This document shows positions 28,049 through 38,178 of a DNA stretch of 64,000 bases, in pieces. Every line of letters begins with the position of its first letter. The first letter of the stretch is position 1. A program made the translations under genes and the position numbers. Where the stretch lies: contig JBBRPR010000010.1 in the NCBI GenBank assembly GCA_038227875.1, positions 130,344-194,343 on the forward strand, in the 5' to 3' direction. The notes under the pieces are model-generated. The model was not told where the DNA came from and searched no databases. It worked only from the letters and a program-made list of their open reading frames with translations. The stretch is from Planctomycetota bacterium (GTDB taxonomy: Bacteria; Planctomycetota; SZUA-567; H5-PLA8).

Positions 28049-28689
28049 GGGTTGGCTTCGAGTCGTCGGCGCAACGGGAGCAGATCGGCGGGTTCGTCGA
28101 CGTCCCACCAGACCAGTTCGCTTTCACGCGTGTCGATGCCCGCGGCGCGGATGCGGTCGCATTGTTGGCGTGCGGTCTCCGATGTTGACCACACGATGTT
28201 CTCGAAAACGCTTGAAGGCGCTTGCGCGGGCAAGGCCAGCAGCGCGTAGCCTCCGTCGGCGGTTTTCATGAGATAAGCGCGACCGTCCTGCGCGTAACGC
28301 AGGCCTGTGATGATGAAATCGATCGGCAGGTCGGGCGCATCGGTGCCGATGAAGACGACCGGAGCCTTCACGTGAGATTTTACGGCGGCGAGGCGTTGGC
28401 CCAAGTCGCCGGGAGACTGGCTGAGCAGATCGATGCGGCGGTGCAGGTGGAGCGCGTGTATGCGAGTCGCGAAGTGTGCGGCGGCTTCCGGCGGATCGTA
28501 GCAGAGGAGCATGCGCGTCTGCGGCGCGAGTCCAGCGGCGAGGCGCGGCAGAAGATCGTTGAGGAACGCCGCGGAAAGACGTGCGGCTGCTTCTGCGCCA
28601 AGCGCGGGAATCAGGCGCGTCTTCGCTCGACCGGGGTGCGGTTCCTTGGCGAAGATGGCCAGCGTGCCGCTCGGGTCAGCTACGTTCAT
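27976..28689 (-). CDS. CofC-like transferase, DUF2064 (TIGR04282-like)
   Basis: IFAKEPHPGRAKTRL, Q..GDLGQRL, IGTDAPDL, DGGY, WST and DVDEPADL; ATGA overlap with the Rieske gene. Confidence 0.9.
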   Translation of the reverse strand: MNVADPSGTLAIFAKEPHPGRAKTRLIPALGAEAAARLSAAFLNDLLPRLAAGLAPQTRMLLCYDPPEAAAHFATRIHALHLHRRIDLLSQSPGDLGQRLAAVKSHVKAPVVFIGTDAPDLPIDFIITGLRYAQDGRAYLMKTADGGYALLALPAQAPSSVFENIVWSTSETARQQCDRIRAAGIDTRESELVWWDVDEPADLLPLRRRLEANPQLAPETLEALRLIGALPSERPPL

Positions 28690-29171
28690 TTCTTCTTGGG
28701 CTTGGCCCAGTCGGGGAGTTCGGCCCAATCGCCCTGCTTGACGGTTTTTCCGGCATCAACGCTGATCGCGCCTTCCTTGGAAATTTCGGTGTGGTACCAA
28801 TTCAAGGCCTGTGTGGCGGGGCCGCCGGAGGGATTGCCTTCCAGATCGAACATGCTGCTGTGCACCGGGCAGAAGATGTTCCCATCTTTATCGACGTCGA
28901 GTGTGTTGTGTTTGTGGGTGCAGATGGTCGACAGACACGCCACGCCCTTACTGGTACGCGTCAGGATGACGTTGGGTTTTTCGATCTTCCGGGCTGTGTC
29001 ATTGGCAATCCTGATCAGGTCCGCGATCTTGACCAGTCCAGGGGTGTCGTCGCCCCACGTTCGCGTGGTGATGCCGGCGACGGCAATGGCCGAAGCACGC
29101 GCCAGCCATGCCAGGCAGTCGCGGCGGGACATGCCCTGGCCTTCAACCTGTTGCGCTTCCCTGTCGTTCAT
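28686..29171 (-). CDS. Tat-exported Rieske [2Fe-2S] protein
   Basis: SRRDCL twin-arginine signal; CTH..CPVHSSMFD..G....GPA. Confidence 0.88.
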   Translation of the reverse strand: MNDREAQQVEGQGMSRRDCLAWLARASAIAVAGITTRTWGDDTPGLVKIADLIRIANDTARKIEKPNVILTRTSKGVACLSTICTHKHNTLDVDKDGNIFCPVHSSMFDLEGNPSGGPATQALNWYHTEISKEGAISVDAGKTVKQGDWAELPDWAKPKKK

Positions 29172-29207
29172 GAAACGAATCCTCGCCGCAAGCGGCCGTG
29201 AATGAAA

Positions 29208-30629
29208 TTAAAATCCCGTGGAGACACTGAACAAAAACGCGTGCAGGTGTTTCTTCAACCCCGTTTCGCTTTCGTCGTAGTCCTGTCCCGCCAGGCCGGA
29301 GCCGAGCCAGTCGTTCTGGTAGTCGAACTTGAAGACCGTGTTCGGCAGCGGCCGGTAGCTGATCCCGGCGGTGAGACGCTGGACGGACGGGGTGGCGGGA
29401 AGCTCGTTGTCAAGGTTGACGTATTCGTAGCGCAACGCGGCGACGAGCTTGGGATCCTTGAACTTGCCGAAGGGCGAGTGGCTCAGGAAACCCGGCCAGA
29501 ATTTGTAGTAGCCTTCGGCGTAATAACCCCACGCGTCTTGGCGTTTGCCGGTGATGTTGTTGCCGGAATCGGCGTGGTCGAGCGCCGCTTCGCCGCGGAA
29601 GCCGATGTTCTTTTTCTCCCACGAGACATCGGCGGCGGTGACGTACAAGCGGCCCGGGCCGAAACGGACGGTGTCGCCGTTGTCGTTCACGCCGTTGAAG
29701 CCGCCGAAGCCGCTGACGTATGCCGATAGACCGAACTCCAGCGAGTCGGCAATGGCCTTGCAGCCGCGAGCGGGTTCCATCGCGACGCGGACTGCGCCGG
29801 CTTTCTGATCGCTAGTAGGGGTTTTGTTTTCATTCCTGATCCCGCGGAAGCCCGAGAGCGGGTCGACGCCGTCGGTAACAGCCGGGTTGTACATGTAAGC
29901 TTCGTAGCTGAGGCCGAATTTATCCGTGTCGATGGGCGTGCCGTAAAAGCCGAGGCCTTCGTCGTACCACGTCGTCGGAATGATACGGCGATCCACCAAG
30001 GGGCGGTCGACGAGGTTGTTGACGAAACCTTCGTGATTGAGATTGTAGTGCCCAACCGGCACGAGGATGACGCCAGCGCGGAAGTTTACGGCTTTGTCGA
30101 TCTTGTAATCAATGTAGGCCTGCTCGATCTCGACTTCGCCGTCGGTCTCTTCGGGCCCGGCGATGGCGCCGGCGTGTTCGTCTTCGATTTCCATGTACAG
30201 GCTGATGTGTTCCTGAATTTTGGCGCTGAGTTCCAGGACCGTCTTGAGTTGATCGAACTGCGGCGTGCGGGTCTGGCGGTCGGTGTAGGTGAATTCGGTG
30301 TAGCCGCCGAGCGTCAGTTGAGACGCGCTGCGCACGGCATTGCTGGGAATACCGGGGCCCGCGTTTCCGGGCACGTTGGAGGTGTTGGGCGGCGTGCCTT
30401 CCTTTTTGAAGAGCGTGTCGTTGATGCTCTTTTCGGTGCTGCGTGGCGCGCCGCCGGTCTGCCGGAGTACTTTGACTTCGGTCTCCAGGCTGGCGATGCG
30501 GCCTTCGTAGGCTTCGCGCATGGCCTGCATTTCGGCGCGGATGGAGGCCATCTCGTTATCGGCGGCGCGGACCCAACCGGACAAAACGCAAAACGAAATC
30601 AAGGCGGCAACAACTCGAATGCAGAACAT
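29208..30629 (-). CDS. Outer-membrane beta-barrel porin-like protein with N-terminal coiled coil
   Basis: Signal peptide, coiled coil, GGYTEFTY, EIEQAYIDY, IIPTTWYDEG, VFKFDYQ; terminal Phe. Confidence 0.8.
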   Translation of the reverse strand: MFCIRVVAALISFCVLSGWVRAADNEMASIRAEMQAMREAYEGRIASLETEVKVLRQTGGAPRSTEKSINDTLFKKEGTPPNTSNVPGNAGPGIPSNAVRSASQLTLGGYTEFTYTDRQTRTPQFDQLKTVLELSAKIQEHISLYMEIEDEHAGAIAGPEETDGEVEIEQAYIDYKIDKAVNFRAGVILVPVGHYNLNHEGFVNNLVDRPLVDRRIIPTTWYDEGLGFYGTPIDTDKFGLSYEAYMYNPAVTDGVDPLSGFRGIRNENKTPTSDQKAGAVRVAMEPARGCKAIADSLEFGLSAYVSGFGGFNGVNDNGDTVRFGPGRLYVTAADVSWEKKNIGFRGEAALDHADSGNNITGKRQDAWGYYAEGYYKFWPGFLSHSPFGKFKDPKLVAALRYEYVNLDNELPATPSVQRLTAGISYRPLPNTVFKFDYQNDWLGSGLAGQDYDESETGLKKHLHAFLFSVSTGF

Positions 30630-30670
30630 GTGCTCCCCCAGCGTGGACGAACTTGGACGAAACCTGCAAT

Positions 30671-30685
30671 TGAGAATCATTATCA
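30671..30685. promoter_or_regulatory. Fur box
   Basis: TGAGAATCATTATCA matches the 7-1-7 TGATAATnATTATCA consensus with one mismatch; weaker copy TGAGAACCAGTTGCA at 30708-30722. Confidence 0.8.
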
Positions 30686-30806
30686 ACACGTGAGACTTCT
30701 ACCTAGTTGAGAACCAGTTGCAATTGAATTTCATGAAGAAACCGTAATAGAAGGGAGGATGAGTTGTCGTAAGATTATGTCTCTGCAATAGTTAAGTCGA
30801 TGATTT

Positions 30807-31469
30807 TCATTGAGAAATATAGCTCTTCATGTTCTCCCACTTGGGATCGTCCAGCGTACCGTCAGCGGTGATGTCCACATCTACCACGGGCGGCGAGCCT
30901 GACGCGACAGTATTCGAAATGGATTCGCTCCATTCTACGCTACCGGAGACGCGAAGGCAATTTTGGCCCGCGCGTTCACCATGATTGTCGGCGTTGCGCC
31001 CCGCCTCCGAAAAATCGGCAACGAGAATGGCCATGGCATCTTTGGTCGTGTGGGGTTTGTAGCCGGTGGCTTTGTTGCCCGAATCGTAAGCATAGTGGGT
31101 CATGCTGGCGTCGAGCGGCAGGGAAGACTTGGCGCCGGCAATAGTCGGTTCCATTCTTCTGAGCGCTTGAACCGTAGGAATTCCCGGACAGGAGAAGACG
31201 CGGTAGTCGACAACGTAGTCGCGGTAGAGAATTCCCAGCGACGGCAGCGGCTCCGCCCGGCCATTGGACCTGGAGACCGGAAAACACGCGAAGCTGGGGA
31301 GGTCGGAATACATCGTCAGCGCGCAACCCAGCGCGTGCAGGTTGTTGGCGCAACTCGTTCGCCGCGCAGACACGCGCGCGGATGACAAGACCGGAAGTAG
31401 CAGCGCCGCCAGCGCGACGATCACCACGATCACGACCAGTGTTTCCAGCAGAGTAAACCCGCGCTTCAT
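30807..31469 (-). CDS. Prepilin-type N-methylation domain protein (DUF1559-like)
   Basis: RG|FTLLETLVVIVVI..LLPVLSSARVSARRTSCANNL; C-terminal NH..GQNCL..GSVEW. Confidence 0.87.
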   Translation of the reverse strand: MKRGFTLLETLVVIVVIVALAALLLPVLSSARVSARRTSCANNLHALGCALTMYSDLPSFACFPVSRSNGRAEPLPSLGILYRDYVVDYRVFSCPGIPTVQALRRMEPTIAGAKSSLPLDASMTHYAYDSGNKATGYKPHTTKDAMAILVADFSEAGRNADNHGERAGQNCLRVSGSVEWSESISNTVASGSPPVVDVDITADGTLDDPKWENMKSYISQ

Positions 31470-31624
31470 GGAGCGACCTCGCAGGAATAGGTACGTCCAA
31501 GCCGCAGCGTGAGTTTGGAAGAAAGCTCTGTGCGGATTGGATTGGATACGATTGCGTCGGCGGGGAGCTCTGATAAAGTGAAGCTGTTGTCGATTGTCCA
31601 ACCCTCTCCAAGGATTTGCGTTCG

Positions 31625-33085
31625 ATGAGCGTCACCGCCCCTACATCCATCAATCCCCGCAAAGGCAATGGCAAGAATCTCTTTCAGAAAGTGTGGGATG
31701 CGCACACGGTGCGGATTCTTCCCAACGGTCAGGCGCAGTTGCTCATCGGACTCCATTTGATTCACGAAGTCACCAGTCCGCAGGCGTTCGGCATGCTACG
31801 CGACTTGAAGCTGTCGGTGCCGTACCCGCAGCGCACGTTCGCGACGGTCGATCACATCATTCCGACCGATACGCGGCAGCAGCCGTTTGCCGATCCGCTC
31901 GCGCAGGGCATGATCGATGCACTCAAGGCGGCGTGCAGCGAATTCAAGATCAAGTACTTCGACGTGGCCTCCGGACAGCAGGGCATCGTCCATGTCGTCG
32001 GACCCGAGCAGGGATTGACGCAGCCGGGCATCACCATTGCCTGCGGTGACAGCCACACGTCAACGCATGGCGCATTTGGCGCGATTGCGTTTGGCATCGG
32101 CACCAGACAAGTGCGCGATGTCCTGGCCACACAGACGCTGGCGCTGGGCAAACTGAAAGTGCGGCGCATCAACATCAACGGCAAGCTGCCGGTGGGTGTT
32201 TACGCCAAGGATGTAACGCTGCATGTGATCCGCCTGCTGGGCGTCAACGGCGGAACGGGTTACGCGTATGAGTACAACGGCTCGACGATCAGTGCGATGA
32301 ACATGGAAGAGCGCATGACCGTCTGCAACATGTCGATCGAAGGCGGCGCGCGCGTCGGCTACATCAACCCCGACGAGACGACATTTGAGTACCTGAAGGG
32401 GCGGCCCTATTCACCCAAAGGCGCGGCGTGGGACGCAGCCGTGAAGAACTGGCGCGCGACGGCCAGCGATGCGGACGCGTCGTACGATGACGTCGTCGAA
32501 ATCGCGGCGGAAGACATTGCGCCGACGGTGACGTGGGGCATCAATCCCGGCCAGGCGATTTTCATCAACGAGAATGTGCCCACAGTGGAAGGCGCGAAAG
32601 ACGCGACAGAAAAAGCGTCTGTGGCCGAAGCGCTGGAATATATGAAGCTCAAGCCCGGCGCACCGATCAAGGGCACACGCATCAACGTCGCGTTCATCGG
32701 CTCGTGCACGAATAGTCGCATGACTGACTTGCGCGAGGTCGCGAAGTACGTCGAAGGCCAGCATGTCGCCCCCGGAATCAAGGCGCTCGTCGTTCCAGGC
32801 TCGATGCTGGTGCAGCAACAGGCGATTAAGGAAGGCTTGGACAAGATTTTCCGCGCCGCCGGATTCGAATGGCGCGAAGCAGGCTGCTCGATGTGCCTGG
32901 CGATGAACCCGGATAAGCTGATCGATGACCAACTCTGCGCATCGTCGAGCAATCGCAACTTCAAAGGCCGCCAAGGCAGCCCCACCGGCCGCACGTTGCT
33001 GATGAGCCCGCTGATGGTCGCGGCCTCGGCGATCCGCGGCGAAGTAGCGGACGCGCGGGAAGTGTTTTCGCTGCAGGCGGTGTGA
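31625..33085 (+). CDS. leuC: 3-isopropylmalate dehydratase large subunit
   Basis: [40 protein letters not shown] and NRNFKGRQG. Confidence 0.96.
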   Translation: MSVTAPTSINPRKGNGKNLFQKVWDAHTVRILPNGQAQLLIGLHLIHEVTSPQAFGMLRDLKLSVPYPQRTFATVDHIIPTDTRQQPFADPLAQGMIDALKAACSEFKIKYFDVASGQQGIVHVVGPEQGLTQPGITIACGDSHTSTHGAFGAIAFGIGTRQVRDVLATQTLALGKLKVRRININGKLPVGVYAKDVTLHVIRLLGVNGGTGYAYEYNGSTISAMNMEERMTVCNMSIEGGARVGYINPDETTFEYLKGRPYSPKGAAWDAAVKNWRATASDADASYDDVVEIAAEDIAPTVTWGINPGQAIFINENVPTVEGAKDATEKASVAEALEYMKLKPGAPIKGTRINVAFIGSCTNSRMTDLREVAKYVEGQHVAPGIKALVVPGSMLVQQQAIKEGLDKIFRAAGFEWREAGCSMCLAMNPDKLIDDQLCASSSNRNFKGRQGSPTGRTLLMSPLMVAASAIRGEVADAREVFSLQAV

Positions 33086-33134
33086 GTTTTTGCCTCTCGC
33101 AAAGACGCAAAGACGCAAAGAACGGATTAACAAC

Positions 33135-33203
33135 GGGAATCGAGAATAGGGATTCGGGAATCGCCGCGTCTATGCAATGGGCGAATCCCGATTCCCGTAT
33201 CCC
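33135..33203. repeat. Inverted heptamer tandem repeats (GGGAATC-type) forming a hairpin
   Basis: GGGAATCGAGAATAGGGATTCGGGAATCG ... CGAATCCCGATTCCCGTATCCCG downstream of leuC. Confidence 0.65.
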
Positions 33204-33410
33204 GCCGATTTTCGGACGACTGCCGCATAATGAGTTGGCGTTATTTACGAACGTACGTCCAATTTACGCTCACTTCATAAATGCAACTTCGTTCTGTTAA
33301 CGATTCTTCCGATAAATTAACGATCCGACGCGTGCGCTGAGTTTGGCGGCATGGGTTTTGATATGTCGGTCAGGATTCATTTTTTCAAACATATGACAGG
33401 AGGAAGAACG

Positions 33411-33860
33411 ATGCGCAAGGTGTGGGTTATGGTTCTGGGATTGATGACGCTCAGTGCGGTGAGTTTCGCTTCCGAAGGGCCGAATGTGCCGTCGGCGGTG
33501 GAGCAGGCGTTGTCGGCCAAGTATGGGGTCAGTGAAGCGACGAACTGGGTGGTCTATAGGGAAGATGGTCGAAAGGTCTACGCGACGCGCTGGCACGACA
33601 AAGATGGCGTGATGCACGAAGCGGATTTTGATTCGTCGGGCAACGTGATCAAAACTGCGCGGAGCCTGAAGGCGGAAGAACTGCCCAAGGCGGTTGCCGA
33701 GGCAATCGAGAAGAAGGTCCCCGGCGCGAAGATCACCGAAGTGAAAGTCGAGGAAGGCAAGGCCACGGAATACAACGTTCAGGTCACGGATGCCTCGGCC
33801 AACAAGCGGCTGGTGGTCGTGAATCCGGATGGAACGGATGTGATGGTGTTTGATTTTTGA
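33411..33860 (+). CDS. Secreted PepSY-like (beta-lactamase-inhibitor-like) protein
   Basis: Signal peptide; repeated VPSAVEQAL / LPKAVAEAI..PGAKI units; AGGAGG RBS. Confidence 0.8.
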   Translation: MRKVWVMVLGLMTLSAVSFASEGPNVPSAVEQALSAKYGVSEATNWVVYREDGRKVYATRWHDKDGVMHEADFDSSGNVIKTARSLKAEELPKAVAEAIEKKVPGAKITEVKVEEGKATEYNVQVTDASANKRLVVVNPDGTDVMVFDF

Positions 33861-33930
33861 AACGTCTTCCAAGGAAGGGTGAAGTTGGGCGCGCGTCGCG
33901 CGTCCACTTCCCACTTGGAAGGGGAATTGT

Positions 33931-34436
33931 ATGGTCAAATTTGCGCTGCTATGCGCTCTCATTTGCTTCATTTTAAATTGCAATGCTGAAGAACATCCGA
34001 CCACGCCATTCACGGCTGTCGTGCGCGAAAACTTCGCGGCCTGGGATACCGATCATGACGGTAGACTCTCCAGAGATGAAATTGACGATGCGGTAACCAA
34101 CCCCCAGATAAAGGGAGGGGCCGCAGCGGCGGTTGCGGTCCTGAAATCGATGCAGCGGGGGTACGTCTACAAAAATAGTCCGGTGCGCACGGCGACTCGT
34201 TTCCGCCTGGAATTGTTGGCAATCATGCGTATGCGGTGTTGGGTTTCGATGTCACGCGGGATGAAATTCGACTCTGGAATCCACACGGAACTGATTTCAC
34301 ACCTGACGGCGAGCCAGGGTATCAAAATGGATATCCGATGAAGCACGGAACTTTCGCCATGCCGCTGACGGACTACGTGCGCGTCTTTGAGGAACTCTGG
34401 ATCGAGCGGATGGAGGATTTGAAGAGCAAGCGATGA
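33931..34436 (+). pseudogene. Remnant of a secreted EF-hand / calpain-like (C2) cysteine peptidase
   Basis: Signal peptide and DTDHDGRLSRDE EF-hand in one frame; GNHAYAVLG..LWNPHG in another frame after TAG 34176; no catalytic-Cys segment. Confidence 0.7.
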
Positions 34437-34535
34437 GCGAGCTTGGGCTTCGCGGACTAAAACGGCGGGTTGGACATTCTGTAAAGGGATGCTAGCGTGA
34501 TCGGAACTCAATCACTCGCGAGAGGTTCCCCGCTG

Positions 34536-36578
34536 ATGACCAAGCCGGCGTATAACTCGATTTTTTCTCCGCTCGCCACGCAGCAAATTCCCCACGAGCA
34601 TCCGCGGCTGTTTGGTTCGCGCGCGAAGCTGCAGCAATTTGCGAGGCAGCGCGCGGAGGCGTACCGCCGGACCTCGAAAGTCGCGCGCGAGATGCCGATT
34701 GCCGACGCGATCGCGCCGGACTTCGCGACGGGGCTGAGTCCCGCCAACAAGATGATCTCGCAAGCGCTGATCGCAGCGATCGATGAGGACGCGAAGCTGG
34801 CGCGCGAAGCAATCGATCTGGCGTTTGCGCATTGGATCGGAAAGCCGATCAACATCGGCCACATTCCGTTTGGTTCCGACGTGGCGATGGGCGCATTGGT
34901 TTACGATCTGTGCCACGAGCATTGGACCGACGACGAGCGGAAGAAATTCCACGCGTACTTTTTTGCCAACCGCGATCAGAACGTCGACGAAGAGCCCAGT
35001 CCGTTTCACGACGGCTGGTGGGGCTACAAGAATTGGGGTCTGCTGCTCGGTTGCCTGGCGGTGATGTACGAAACCGAGAAAGAGCCGTTCATGCTCTATG
35101 GCATCGACCGCGAATTCCGCTACGTCGCGGCCGATTGCCTGCGATTGGCGGGAACGGGCGGCGGTTACGCGGAAGGGTTCTACGTCAACTACTACCTGTT
35201 CGAGTGGTTGATGGCGTGCATGGCGATGAAGGAGTGCACGGGCGCCGATTATCTGGAGTTCGTGCCGGAATTTTACAAGCAGCGGGCACTGGCTGGGATT
35301 TTTGAATACTACCCGACCAAGCGGGAACACGATACGCGGCGGTCGATCTGCGTCGGCGACGGGCGCGGCCGATTTTACCGTTCCGAACGCGACCGGACAC
35401 TCGCCGCGCACCGGTTGCTGGTTGGAAAATTCGCCAAGGATCCGCAGCACCAGGCGATCAACGCATTTCTCCACCGCCAGCCGCATCTCGGAGCGTTTGA
35501 AAATTCCTGGATGGAACTACTCTGGTTCGATCCGCTGGTGAAGAAGACGACCGTCGAGAAACTGCCGCTGTCGCATTACAGCTCGGGCCCGGGCTACGTG
35601 TACGCGCGGAGCTCGTGGGAAGAGGACGCGACGTACTTTTTCTTCAAGTGCGGCAAACGCTTCACGGCGCACCAGCATCTGGATGTCGGCCACTTTTACA
35701 TTTTCAAGAACAGTGAACTGGCGGGCGAGGGCGGACACTACGTCGACTGGAGCGGACCCCACGACATCAACTATTACCTCCGCACGATCGCGCACAATTC
35801 TGTGCTGATTCACGATCCGAAGGAGAAGTTCACGTTCATCCGCGGTTATACGGACGAGATCGCCAACGATGGCGGCCAGAAGTTTCCGTGGCCGGGGACA
35901 TGCTTCCGGCACAATGGCGACGGCGGCGATGCCGACCAGTGGCGGCGGCACCGCGAGTTGATGGACATCGCCGACATGCTGGCGTACGAGGACAAGGGCA
36001 CGTACATGTATTGCGCCGGCGACTGCTCGCGCGCGTACTCCAAAGACAAGCTGGAGTATTTCACACGGCAGATCGTGTTCATCCGACCTGGAACGTTTGT
36101 GATTTTCGATCGCGTTAAATCAAGGCAGCCGTCGTTTCAGAAGACATGGGTGCTTCACGCGATGAAGCCGCCGACTGGCAAAGCTCCGAATCTGGTGGTC
36201 ACGAACGGCACCGGGAAACTGCATCTGCAAACGGTGTTGCCGGTGAAAGCCGAGGTGAAGCTGAATCAGGGCGAGGGTCTCTATAGTTACGGCGGCAAGA
36301 ATTTTCCACCGCGTTTGAAGTTCGGCGATGAGGCCGAATGTCGTATCGAAATCTCACCAGCAAAGCCGAGCAAGGTTGACTACTTTCTGCATGTGTTGAC
36401 GGCGACGGACGCAGGCGTCGAGAGCGTGCCGCAAGCGGTGGCGAAAGTCGCCGCAGATAAAATTACGGTGACGCTCGGCAATACGACGATTTCATTCCCG
36501 ACGGCCAAAGTAGGCGGAAGCATCGCGATCCGCGGGAAGAAGAGCACTTTGGGAAGCGTGAAGCCAGGGAAGGAATAA
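34536..36578 (+). CDS. Heparinase II/III-like family protein
   Basis: HPRLF, GGYAEGFY, YARSSW, HQHLDVGHF, TIAHNSVLI, RQIVFI and FVIFDRV. Confidence 0.83.
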   Translation: MTKPAYNSIFSPLATQQIPHEHPRLFGSRAKLQQFARQRAEAYRRTSKVAREMPIADAIAPDFATGLSPANKMISQALIAAIDEDAKLAREAIDLAFAHWIGKPINIGHIPFGSDVAMGALVYDLCHEHWTDDERKKFHAYFFANRDQNVDEEPSPFHDGWWGYKNWGLLLGCLAVMYETEKEPFMLYGIDREFRYVAADCLRLAGTGGGYAEGFYVNYYLFEWLMACMAMKECTGADYLEFVPEFYKQRALAGIFEYYPTKREHDTRRSICVGDGRGRFYRSERDRTLAAHRLLVGKFAKDPQHQAINAFLHRQPHLGAFENSWMELLWFDPLVKKTTVEKLPLSHYSSGPGYVYARSSWEEDATYFFFKCGKRFTAHQHLDVGHFYIFKNSELAGEGGHYVDWSGPHDINYYLRTIAHNSVLIHDPKEKFTFIRGYTDEIANDGGQKFPWPGTCFRHNGDGGDADQWRRHRELMDIADMLAYEDKGTYMYCAGDCSRAYSKDKLEYFTRQIVFIRPGTFVIFDRVKSRQPSFQKTWVLHAMKPPTGKAPNLVVTNGTGKLHLQTVLPVKAEVKLNQGEGLYSYGGKNFPPRLKFGDEAECRIEISPAKPSKVDYFLHVLTATDAGVESVPQAVAKVAADKITVTLGNTTISFPTAKVGGSIAIRGKKSTLGSVKPGKE

Positions 36579-36581
36579 GAC

Positions 36582-36950
36582 GTGAGTCTTCTGGATTGGA
36601 TCAGTAAGAATACATACGAAACGAAACCGGATGCGGCCGAGCCGGAACTTCGCCCGCGCACCTATCGCAAACCGATGAACGAAGTTCTCGCGGCGGTGCA
36701 AGTGGCCGTTGCAGCGATTCCGCGGTGGAAAGTAGTCGAGACGGACGCGCAGGGCGGCAAGGTTCACGCGACGCGCACGACCGGGCTGTGGCGATTCACG
36801 GATGACATCTACGTCACGGTAATATCAGGAGCGGACGGGACGCTGACGCTTAATGTTCATTCAAAGTCGCGAGTGGGGAAGGGCGACTTCGGTCAGAATC
36901 GACGCAATATTTTGGAGCTGATGAAACAGCTTGATGCGAGAGTGAAATAG
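36582..36950 (+). CDS. DUF1499 domain protein
   Basis: ATRTTGLWRFTDD and SKSRVGKGDFGQNRRNI. Confidence 0.85.
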   Translation: MSLLDWISKNTYETKPDAAEPELRPRTYRKPMNEVLAAVQVAVAAIPRWKVVETDAQGGKVHATRTTGLWRFTDDIYVTVISGADGTLTLNVHSKSRVGKGDFGQNRRNILELMKQLDARVK

Positions 36951-37029
36951 GCTCTTGGATCTGACGTGAAGAAAAGTTTCTCTAAGTGAATCTGGATTAA
37001 CTGACAGGTCCAAGAGCCAGGAGCCACAG

Positions 37030-37476
37030 CTACTTCACGCCCGTCGATCCGAATCCGCCTTCGCCGCGGCCCGTGGCGTCGAGTTCGTCCACTTCCTCCC
37101 ACGCGACGCGTTCGACCTTTCGCAGCAGAAGCTGGCAGATGCGGTCGCCGCGCTTGATCGTGAAGGACTCGTCGCCGAGATTCGCGACGATCACGCCGAT
37201 CTCGCCGCGGTAGTCGGCATCGATGATGCCGGGCGCATTCAGCACGAAGACGCCGCTTTTTACAGCGAGACCGGAACGGGAATCAACGTCGAGCGTGTAG
37301 CCCGGCGGCACGGCGACTTTCAGGCCGGTGGAAATCAGTTTGCGCTTCAGCGGCGGAATGACCACGTCCTCGCGGATGTCGGCGCGGGCATCCATGCCGG
37401 CGGAGTTTGCGGTTTCGTACTTGGGCAGCGGAAGGTCGGTGGCCGGGCGTTTGAGCACGCGGACAGTGACATGCAT
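37030..37476 (-). CDS. dut: dUTP diphosphatase
   Basis: SAGMD, RSGLA, GIIDADYRGEI, GDRICQ and RGEGGFGSTG. Confidence 0.96.
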   Translation of the reverse strand: MHVTVRVLKRPATDLPLPKYETANSAGMDARADIREDVVIPPLKRKLISTGLKVAVPPGYTLDVDSRSGLAVKSGVFVLNAPGIIDADYRGEIGVIVANLGDESFTIKRGDRICQLLLRKVERVAWEEVDELDATGRGEGGFGSTGVK

Positions 37477-37658
37477 GGGTGAAGGAGCTCCATTAATCGG
37501 GGACGGCCGCCCGCAGCCCGCTAACGAACTCGTGGCCTGCGCCGCGAAACGCCTTTACTACTAGGCGTTTCACGGAGAAACTTGGCGGAATAATCCTTTT
37601 CAACGGGCTGTCAGTGTGCCGTGGCAATCAAAAAATGCCACTCCCGCAAAATTCTGTC

Positions 37659-37687
37659 TTGACAATAGTCGTTATAACGAGTATTAT
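37659..37687 (+). promoter_or_regulatory. Sigma70 promoter overlapped by a palindromic operator
   Basis: TTGACA-17nt-TATTAT; palindrome AATAGTCGTTATAACGAGTATT at 37664-37685. Confidence 0.8.
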
Positions 37688-37693
37688 TCCTTC

Positions 37694-38164
37694 ATGAGTG
37701 GACGATTGAGAGACGAGATCAAGCAGTCGAAACCTTTCCCCTCCACGGAGACGGAAGTGTTTCTAAACCTGGCACGGACGGCGGACCATACCATGCGGGC
37801 GATTGCGGAGGTGCTCAAGCCGGCGGAGCTTTCTCCGACGCAGTACAACGTCCTGCGCATTCTGCAGGGGGCGGGGAAGGATGGTCTGGCTTGCAGCGAG
37901 ATCGGCAGCCGCCTGGTAACGCGCGACCCGGATATCACGCGCCTGCTGGACCGCATGGAGCAGCGCGGGTTGGTGCAGCGTGAGCGAAGTGCCGCTGATC
38001 GTCGCGTGGTGATGGCGAAAATCACGCGGGGCGGTGCAGAGTTGCTCGCGAAGTTGGACCGGCCGGTGCTGGAGACTTCGAAGCAGCAGTTGGCTCACAT
38101 GAGTGAGAAGCAGATGCGGGAGTTGATCGATTTGTTGGAGTTGGTGCGGGGCGGGGAAGCGTAG
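37694..38164 (+). CDS. MarR family transcriptional regulator
   Basis: LSPTQYNVLRIL, DITRLLDRME and DRRVV..ITRGG. Confidence 0.93.
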   Translation: MSGRLRDEIKQSKPFPSTETEVFLNLARTADHTMRAIAEVLKPAELSPTQYNVLRILQGAGKDGLACSEIGSRLVTRDPDITRLLDRMEQRGLVQRERSAADRRVVMAKITRGGAELLAKLDRPVLETSKQQLAHMSEKQMRELIDLLELVRGGEA

Positions 38165-38178
38165 CTTCTCTTAGATGA

